A DNA stretch of 57,433 nt, counting the filler, from Planctomycetota bacterium (GTDB lineage: Bacteria; Planctomycetota; Planctomycetia; JALXBF01): NCBI GenBank assembly GCA_026991575.1. It is 6 parts of 6 records of this genome, joined end to end, with 100 filler letters (N's around TTAATTAATTAA, not from the genome) between each part and the next. Parts side by side here need not be neighbours in the genome. Positions count along the whole stretch, not along the records: positions 47,236 to 57,433 come from JALXBF010000180.1; 5 more parts are not named here. The stretch is one strand, 5' to 3'. This document shows, piece after piece, positions 50,209-57,433 of this stretch (its first letter is position 1; every line of letters begins with the position of its first letter). Made by a program: the position numbers and the translations under genes. Below the pieces are notes generated by a model. That model saw only the letters and a program-made list of their open reading frames with translations. It had not been told where the DNA came from and made no database searches.

Positions 50209-50263
50209 CACTCGCCATGTGCAGCTTCCCGAACACCGAGCTTTCCGGGCCGGCGTTCGGCAA

Positions 50264-50292
50264 CTCACTACAGAGACACAGAGAACACAGCG
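50264..50292 (+). repeat. CACAGAG-type interspersed repeat
   Basis: ctcactacagagacacagagaacacagcg. Confidence 0.5.
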
Positions 50293-50804
50293 AACGGGCC
50301 ACCTGAGCACTCACCCAAGCAGAGCGGTGTGGCACGCGTCTGCCCGGCCCACTAGCTTTGCCGCGCTCGCAGCCCGCGGTTCAAGCAGAATCGAACAGGA
50401 CGCGTCTTCTCACCGGGTCGTGAGCGGCTCTTGCGCACTGGTCGCGCCGACCAGCCGGGGAATCGCCCACACGCAGTTCCCCAGATAACTGCCCAACGCC
50501 CTCAGCCGGGCCGTCCCACGAACAGGCCGCTGTGGCAAGCGAGCCTGCATTCGGCTTGTCGCCCGACTTAGTCGACGCGACCGCTCTGAGTGGCGCCTAG
50601 CCGGGCCAAACGAGCCTCTGTACTTGCCGGTTGTCCCGCCGCGCAGCGACCGACAAGGCGCCCGCCCCAAGTACTCGGGGGCAGTGCAACCCACCGCTGA
50701 CCACGCGCACGAGTCCTATTGGCCCCGAGCCGAGGCCGTTAGGCCTATGCCAGCTGGGAACTCCCGCCAGCAAGTTATAACGGACACGACCCCCCATTCG
50801 ATTG

Positions 50805-51596
50805 CTATCCGGTGCTCCGACGCCTGAACCACGCGGCCCCTACGACTCCGAGCCCCAGCAGCAGCGCAGAGGAAGGCTCCGGAATGGGCGAAATCTGCCG
50901 AACGCGGACGAAATCGAGCATCAGGTTCGTCCACCACCATGCGCCCCACCACCGTCGCCTGAGAATGCCGTTGGAATCCACATAGGCCGGAACAAAACCA
51001 GGGATCCCAAACGCTTCTCCCGGACGAGGATGGCCGAAGTACAAGACCGATGGGCGCCCATGGGGCAGGTTACCGGTACCCAGGAGCGTGCCGTCTAAGT
51101 AAGCGGTAACCGTAGAGCCGACGAAGTCAAATCGGATTATGTGATACTGCATATCGGGCGGAAACACTCTGCGTTGGTCACCAAAGTCGATAACTAGCGG
51201 GTGCCACGCTTGCCAGAACTGAAGCACGGCGTAGTACGGCGGGCCGGCGGTCAGTGCGCGAAATCCGACGCCATTCGTCCGAAGGGACGGGTACTGGAAC
51301 CCGATTTCGAGCGAGTAGTCACCGGTCGGTGGGAAAATGGGAACACGTGAGTACATTACCGGAAAGTCCAGCGTGTAGGCGAACGGGTTCCCTAACCACA
51401 GCTTGCCGCCGGCTACCTGCTTCGCAGGTGCAGGATAACCGTGGGACCGGAAGTCCCAGACCGACGGGTCGAACGTCGTAAACTCATCCACAAAATAGTA
51501 GCCGCCTTGCGTGGCGCTACCCAGGAAACCAGTCACTAGGAGAGCGCACAGCCACTGCCACTTCCAGCCGCACCATGTAGACAGCCGCTTCTCCAT
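50805..51596 (-). CDS. PEP-CTERM sorting domain protein (probable ConA/LamG-like beta-sandwich)
   Basis: Signal peptide; C-terminal IPEPSSALLLGLGVVGAAWFRRR; YHIIRFDFVGSTVTAYLDG. Confidence 0.85.
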   Translation of the reverse strand: MEKRLSTWCGWKWQWLCALLVTGFLGSATQGGYYFVDEFTTFDPSVWDFRSHGYPAPAKQVAGGKLWLGNPFAYTLDFPVMYSRVPIFPPTGDYSLEIGFQYPSLRTNGVGFRALTAGPPYYAVLQFWQAWHPLVIDFGDQRRVFPPDMQYHIIRFDFVGSTVTAYLDGTLLGTGNLPHGRPSVLYFGHPRPGEAFGIPGFVPAYVDSNGILRRRWWGAWWWTNLMLDFVRVRQISPIPEPSSALLLGLGVVGAAWFRRRSTG

Positions 51597-52377
51597 GACA
51601 ACCCCTCTGGTGATACGTTCTGTTGTGCCGCTTGCCTTCTATCTGGTGCCGCTTCGTCACTCCAGCCACTGCCTTAGGACGATGATTGGGCTCCCTCCTG
51701 GGCGGCGGAGCACGGGCAAGGCTACGACCGCCGTAGATGACGTCGGATTCGAAAAGGGCATCCAAGATGGCGGATGCTGGCGAGTCGTTTCGGACCGTGG
51801 GTAGGACACAGCCAGGGGCGCATGAACCGGTGTCGCCGCAACTCTCCGGCGAGTTTCCGATGCGGTAGAGCAGGTCAGCGTGTGTAGGCCTCGACCAGCC
51901 TAGAAACAGGGCAGCACTGCAGTGGCCAAGTAGAGCACACTCCGAGAGGTGGAACGCTCCGTGGACCGCACCACGACAGGCACGCAGCAAGATGGCAGCC
52001 GGGCTGTTCCGCAGGGGAACACTGGCCTTCTCGTCTCTGCGGAACCCCGCGGGCTTCCGAGCGTTCTTTAGCGGACCCCAGGCTAGCTTCCCCATGACCG
52101 TTCAGCGCCCCACACCGCAGTTCGCGGTCAGACGTACACCGCTGGAAAGTTTACCGAACTTCGAATCTCGTGGCAACTACCAGCAGAGGCACACAACGTC
52201 AACGAGCCGCGGGGACGGGCGACCGAGCCTGCCGGATTGCCCTCGCACTCGGTCCGTACGCATCTGCAAGCAACTCGGGGGAACACTGGTCGCTGCCTGT
52301 TTACCGGCCGATGCCGGTGCCGCACTTGCACCATCGGACGGAAACAATCCGCAACAGCGAGTGCCTACATTGATGCC

Positions 52378-53357
52378 ATGATCCACCGCACAGCAGCGAG
52401 GTGTGAGGAGATGATGGCACGCCACGCACTCCAATCGATCGCGTCGTTCCTGCCGGCTGGGTGACCGGACCAGTGGCTCGTCGGCTCGAGCCGGTCCTCT
52501 CTGAACTAAGCCCCCATCAGGACGGCTAACCACACCACCGTCGTTGGTATCAACCACCTGACCGCGAGGACGTTCCCCCTCTGTCACCAGCCGAGAACTG
52601 GTGGTTTGGCGCCATCGGCCACGACGTGCGGACAAGTCGTGGCAATGTTCGTGCGTCCATTTCGTTGGCTGAAATCGGCATGCGGCCTCGCAGAAGTGAA
52701 CGCCGAGGCACGCCGTGCGGATTGGAGCGATCTGCTGCTGCTGTTGATCGAGTGCTTCGCGTCTCTGGCGGGCGACGCCCGGATCGGACGAGCCAAACTG
52801 CTCGTGCGCATGGTACCACTGGTGGTGGAAGCGTCACGCAACTGGACTACCCCCCCTGGCAAACGGGAGCGGTCACTGCTGACGTCCTTCTCCACCCGTG
52901 CGCGCGAGGGGGCGCTCGTAGCCGGGGTGGGCTTCGCCAACTGGAGCGAACCCACGTTTGACGCTCAAACGCTCCTGCACAGTGATGACCGACACGCGGC
53001 GGCTCAGCTGCTGTCGGCCGTTGACCTGCTGATCTCCGGTGCCCGCGACCTGCCGATGAAGTAGCCCGGGCAGAAGAGAACTCGCCTGCGGCAGTGACGC
53101 TCGACACGTGCTGCGCAGGCCCACGGGCCCGGATGGCGTGCGAACTGATTGGCGCAGACCGCCAGCCTGAGCTGCTGGCGCTTCGACCTGCAGCGGCTCG
53201 ATGGGAGCCTCTGCGTGCTCTCGTACAGGACCTCATGCAGAAGCATCTGACGGCGGTTGACGATGACGACAACCGGCTCACGCACGGAGTGGCTCCGCTT
53301 CAAGAGCGTGTCGCGCTGGGGCGTGCCGCGTCCGAGAACCGCCGTCTCCCACTGTGA
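52378..53357 (+). pseudogene. Decayed helical protein of unknown family
   Basis: ORFs 52237-52464 and 52606-53064 share a frame separated by stops; 53094-53357 may continue it in another frame. Confidence 0.3.
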
Positions 53358-53392
53358 ACGTTTGTCGCCAGCGGTTAGACGGTGATGGCTGA

Positions 53393-53410
53393 GGCAGGTG
53401 ATCACCTGCC
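53393..53410. repeat. Perfect 18-bp palindrome GGCAGGTGATCACCTGCC
   Basis: Seen directly. Confidence 0.7.
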
Positions 53411-53797
53411 GTACCCTGCCCCCGAGGCAATCACGCTCACGTGTGGGGGGCGCCTGCCCCACCAGTGGGGCTTTCCGCCGGCTCGGAGGCAAGAACGCCG
53501 GCAGTTTGCATGAACAGGCGGGTGTGGGGGGATTTGCGCCGCCTACCAGCAAGGCTGATTGAACAGCGCGGCGGGCAGGAAAAGCTTCATCCCGGCCCCT
53601 GCCGCGGGCGCTATTGAGTGAACCTCTGTCCGGGGGGTGTAGTTCCCCAACCTGTTTGAAGCGCGCTAACCGATCAGCCCGTCTTCCGCTTCGCTTGCCG
53701 CCAACGCCGCATCGGGCAGCACCGCAACCGATACAACGCAACGCCGAACGACCATTTCGGGATGCTGCACGAGCGGAAAAGCCTCGCAGGTCATGAG

Positions 53798-55144
53798 CTA
53801 GCCCCACGTCAGTGTTACCTGAGTCGGGCCATTGGGCAGAAAGTCCGCGTGCCACTCCCGCGCATGCCGTCCCTCGCCGACACGTACACGATACCGGCCG
53901 AAGAAGCCACGGAACCGGTAGTTGCCCTCTGCATCCGTTCGGCCTGCACACCGGGTGGTCCAGCGTACGGTCAGCAGGTCTTTCAAACGGTGCCAGGCTG
54001 GCTTCGGGCGAAAGTGCCTGTCGAATAAGCCCAGGCCAGGGCGGACCACATCCGCGTCGCTCATCCCGAAGTACACGATCGCACGGACGCTCGGGTGCCC
54101 GAAGCTGATCCGGTAGAACTCTTCGATTGCCTCAGCTTGTCGGTCCGGCGTCCACTGTCCCGATCGGTACCGGCCCCGGATGGGCAGGTCTGAGGAGACG
54201 TACCAGAACTCGGTCACGTACAGCGGGAATCCCAGACGACGGCCAAACAGCTCGTAGGTCGTCCACAACTCCTCGGGTGCATACCAGTACTGTCCCTTGT
54301 ACGGCTCGTGAGCTTGAAGCCCGAGGCAGTCGGGCGCCACGTCGCGTACACGCAGCTGCTCGAGCAACTGCACCAATCGATCGCGCCACTTGCCTGGCAG
54401 GAAGATCCCGTACTCGTTCACGAGCAGTGTTGCCTCGGGGTGGCCGTTCCGGGCCCACCGCAGGGCATCGCTGACATATGGCACGACGTCCGCAAGCGGC
54501 GCCGCGTAATGGTTCGGTTTGTCCCACTGTCCCCAGGGGCGGACGTGGACCGGTTCGTTGACCACATCCCAGACAATGTCCACGTCGCGGTAGTCACGTA
54601 CTTCACGCTGAATTCGGTTGCGGAGCAGCTCGTACTGCTTCTCCTTGTCATAGCGGAACAACCACAGCGGTAGCCCCGTGCGCGGATACTGGCCGTACTG
54701 TCGAGTCCAGACTAGCATGTGGCCATAGAACCGAGTCAGACCGTGCTCCGCACACCAACCGTCGATGAAGTTTCGTCGCGACGCAAGCAGTGGCCTGCCC
54801 TCATCCGGCTCGTACTGTCCCCAGTTGAACTCAAGCAGTTCGACGAAGTTGAACAGTTCCAGGAATCGCTCCCGGTATCGATCGTTGTCATAGTGTCTCG
54901 GCCGGAACAGGTTGCCGAACCGGAAGTCGTGCCGCTGGAGCCAAACATTGACCGGCACACCCGCCGGCGCAGAGCCTTGGGCACCACGGACTCGGATCAC
55001 GAAGTCGCCTTTCCGGTACCGTTCCACGCCCCGCTCCGCCGCCTCGCGCACGCGGTCACGGTCCGGTTCGGCAACGGTCGCCCGCGCCGCAAGGCCGACA
55101 GCGCTCCACTCCACGCACGAACGCAAGAAGTCTCTGCGATTCAT
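53798..55144 (-). CDS. Tat-exported GH10 glycoside hydrolase (endo-1,4-beta-xylanase-like)
   Basis: MNRRDFL Tat motif, GHMLVW, WDVVNEP (acid/base), LLVNEY, GLQAH, YVTEF (nucleophile) and FRGFFGRY. Confidence 0.9.
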   Translation of the reverse strand: MNRRDFLRSCVEWSAVGLAARATVAEPDRDRVREAAERGVERYRKGDFVIRVRGAQGSAPAGVPVNVWLQRHDFRFGNLFRPRHYDNDRYRERFLELFNFVELLEFNWGQYEPDEGRPLLASRRNFIDGWCAEHGLTRFYGHMLVWTRQYGQYPRTGLPLWLFRYDKEKQYELLRNRIQREVRDYRDVDIVWDVVNEPVHVRPWGQWDKPNHYAAPLADVVPYVSDALRWARNGHPEATLLVNEYGIFLPGKWRDRLVQLLEQLRVRDVAPDCLGLQAHEPYKGQYWYAPEELWTTYELFGRRLGFPLYVTEFWYVSSDLPIRGRYRSGQWTPDRQAEAIEEFYRISFGHPSVRAIVYFGMSDADVVRPGLGLFDRHFRPKPAWHRLKDLLTVRWTTRCAGRTDAEGNYRFRGFFGRYRVRVGEGRHAREWHADFLPNGPTQVTLTWG

Positions 55145-55720
55145 CTCTTGCTTCTCCGGCAACCGTGTTCGACTCAGCTTGTCCCGACAGGCGGAATCGT
55201 TCACCGCGGGAGCCACATAGTTCTCGGTCGCCACGACCCGAGACACTGTAACGTACTCGGCGGCGTGCTGAGACGCCCGGCAACTGCCCGTGCGGGATCC
55301 AAATCGGCTTCGGTGTCATACGCGTCGAGCAGCAGGACTGGGACCCAGCGCGACAGAATTGGGGCGACCGAGGCGGTCGGACGTGCCAGAGAGGTGCCGA
55401 GGCGGGTTGGGTAAGAGAACAACCCGGCGCACCGGACCGATCGACCTGCCTCTGCCTCAGGCGTAGCGGTCGGCCCGCCGGGCTGCCCCATCGTTCGGCG
55501 CAAGCTGCAACGGGCCAGAACACAGGCAAGGCCTGTGCCATTTCAGGCGTCCACGTTTGTGATCTTCGGTTCGCCGCAAACGCTGAGGAGCACCCCGTTG
55601 GTGGCTGCTGGGTTGGCCAGGGACCGCCCCGCGGTTAGAATCGGGAAGCTTGGGAGGACCTTGCCGCGTGCTGCACGTGGCCTCGGAACACCACGCGGAC
55701 TGGTTGTGTGAGCAGACACG

Positions 55721-55954
55721 ATGCCGAGGAAGAAGCGTCCAAAGCGTGACGTGGAGAAAAGCTATCCTCTGAAGGCGTTCGTGGCCAAGCTGCGACGGCT
55801 GGCCGACTGCGTGGAGCAGGGAAAGCCATTTCGGATTCAGATCGCTGGCGAACGCATCGTCGTTCCCTCTGACGCGACCATCAGCATCGAACACGAACGC
55901 GGCACCGACGAAGAGGAGATCGAATTCCAGATCAAGTGGCCGCTGCGGAAATAG
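55721..55954 (+). CDS. Amphi-Trp domain protein
   Basis: FVAKLRRLADCVEQGKPFRIQIAGERIVVP...IEHER...EIEFQIKW. Confidence 0.85.
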   Translation: MPRKKRPKRDVEKSYPLKAFVAKLRRLADCVEQGKPFRIQIAGERIVVPSDATISIEHERGTDEEEIEFQIKWPLRK

Positions 55955-56343
55955 CACGGGCGTTCGTTAACCACTTCCCGCTCTCTCCAGCGACGACCGC
56001 CGTGGCCAGGTGTTTGCTTGCCTTGCCCTGGTTGCTTCACCGTCGGAGGGGCCGTCAAGGGGGGCAAGAGCACAAGACTTGCGCTTCCACGATCGCCTCG
56101 ACCAATGATGACCCGCGCTGTGGGGGGCGGTATCACTGAGCCGTTGTATCGAGTGCAGCGGCGTAGCTGCCCGACTCGTTGCCCGTCCGATTCGGCCGCC
56201 CCGCCACGGGAGCACGGCCGATCGGAACGACCGGCTCGACGGTGTTGGCTCCGATCCAGACGATTGGTCGTACGGACATCGCATACGATGATCTAGGCAA
56301 GCACGCCCAGGGATGCAGCATGTAGCCTTCTGCCGGATGCGTC

Positions 56344-57090
56344 ATGAGTAGTGCACCGACCACGTTCGACCTCAAGAGGCTTCAGCAGAACCTCGACGCT
56401 GTGCGCGCCCGCATCATCCGCGCTGCGGAACGTGTCGGTCGCGATCCCAACTCGATCACGCTCGTCGCCGTCACAAAGACGGTTGGAGCGGAGGTCGCCC
56501 GGGCCCTCGTGCAGCTGGGTGTGCACGACCTCGGCGAGAATCGTCCTCAGGAACTGTGGCGCAAGGCTGAGCTCGTCAACAGCAGCGTGCGCTGGCACCA
56601 GATCGGCCATCTCCAGCGGAACAAGGTCAAACGCACCCTGCCCATCGCATGGCTTATCCACTCGGTCGACTCCGTTCGCCTGGCACGGGAGATCGATAAA
56701 CACGCGCGGGCGCGTGGCCGGCCAGCGGACGTGCTGCTGCAGGTGAACATGTCGCGGGAGCCACAAAAGCACGGGCTGGACCCGGACACGGTGTTGGATG
56801 CCGTCGCAGAGATCGCAGAACTCGACTATGTCCGCGTCCACGGCCTCATGACCATGGCCGCGCTGACCGAGGATGTCGAGCAGGCACGACCGACGTTTCG
56901 GGCACTGGCCGCGCTGGCCGACCGACTGCGCGATCAGGTACCGTCCCACTGGCCGTTCGATCAACTCTCGATGGGCATGTCCAACGATTTCGAGGTCGCG
57001 ATCGAGGAGGGGGCCACGATGATCCGGATCGGCACAGCACTCTTTGAGGGCATCCAGGTCGTAGGGAACGACGGTCGGCAAGAGCGATGA
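56344..57090 (+). CDS. yggS: PLP homeostasis protein (YggS/PLPBP)
   Basis: LVAVTKT, LGENRPQEL, WHQIGHLQRNKVK, IHSVDS, GLMTMA and LSMGMSNDFEVAIEEGATMIRIGT. Confidence 0.96.
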   Translation: MSSAPTTFDLKRLQQNLDAVRARIIRAAERVGRDPNSITLVAVTKTVGAEVARALVQLGVHDLGENRPQELWRKAELVNSSVRWHQIGHLQRNKVKRTLPIAWLIHSVDSVRLAREIDKHARARGRPADVLLQVNMSREPQKHGLDPDTVLDAVAEIAELDYVRVHGLMTMAALTEDVEQARPTFRALAALADRLRDQVPSHWPFDQLSMGMSNDFEVAIEEGATMIRIGTALFEGIQVVGNDGRQER

Positions 57091-57410
57091 GTGACCTGCT
57101 CGAACAGCTCATCCAGTGGTCGGACAGGCACGCGGCCGTGATCGTCCAGGTCCTGGCCCGCCCCGGTTCGCGGCGCGCCGGCGTGCAGGGCCTGGACCCG
57201 CGCGGCGTCCGTATCACGGTCACCGAACCACCCGAACAGGGCAAGGCAAACAAGGCGATTGCTCGGGAGTTGGCGCGCCTCTTGGACGTGTCCCGCAGTG
57301 CCGTTACCCTGGTGGCAGGCCAGACGTCACCTGTCAAGAAGTTCCTCATCAGCGGCGTTTCGCTGGAGCAAGCGCGGCAACGCGTCGCCGAGCAGATTGG
57401 CAGTCAGTAG
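57087..57410 (+). CDS. yggU: DUF167/YggU family protein
   Basis: ARPGSRR, VTEPPEQGKANKAI, V.LVAGQTSPVK; ATGA overlap with yggS. Confidence 0.88.
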   Translation: MSDLLEQLIQWSDRHAAVIVQVLARPGSRRAGVQGLDPRGVRITVTEPPEQGKANKAIARELARLLDVSRSAVTLVAGQTSPVKKFLISGVSLEQARQRVAEQIGSQ

Positions 57411-57433
57411 GATAACGGTGAGTCCCTCCCGCC

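Noticed and set aside
1..57433. tRNA, rRNA, CRISPR array, intact transposase or integrase
   Set aside because: None recognised by eye; tRNAscan-SE and Infernal would be needed to exclude divergent RNAs.

Overview
The window is not one locus. It is six contig pieces joined by artificial 100-bp linkers (44 N + TTAATTAATTAA + 44 N) at 11023-11122, 22087-22186, 33118-33217, 43883-43982 and 47136-47235, so gene adjacency across linkers is meaningless. Five pieces look like a high-GC Planctomycetota genome bin: DUF1559 prepilin-like gene, small BON-like proteins, prenyltransferase-repeat protein, PEP-CTERM protein, and housekeeping genes glpD, psd-pssA, rho, recN, hom-apgM, yggS-yggU. The short fifth piece (43983-47135) encodes an M23 peptidase with a T9SS/FlgD-type C-terminal domain and may come from another organism. 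No rRNA, tRNA or CRISPR array was recognised. The best candidate for an undescribed system is a cassette at 42009-43882: a membrane-anchored beta-rich exported protein, a Cys-rich secreted protein with a double-glycine-like leader motif, and a DUF1559 pilin-like protein. Two further paralogues of the anchored protein lie on other contigs, all in decaying accessory regions. Other points of note: a Rho protein with a degenerate primary RNA-binding motif, an RHS/YD fragment fused to an unrelated membrane ORF, IS66 and IS5 remnants, CACAGAG-type interspersed repeats and a possible structured RNA at 53553-53679. All family calls come from motif recognition by eye; no searches were run.
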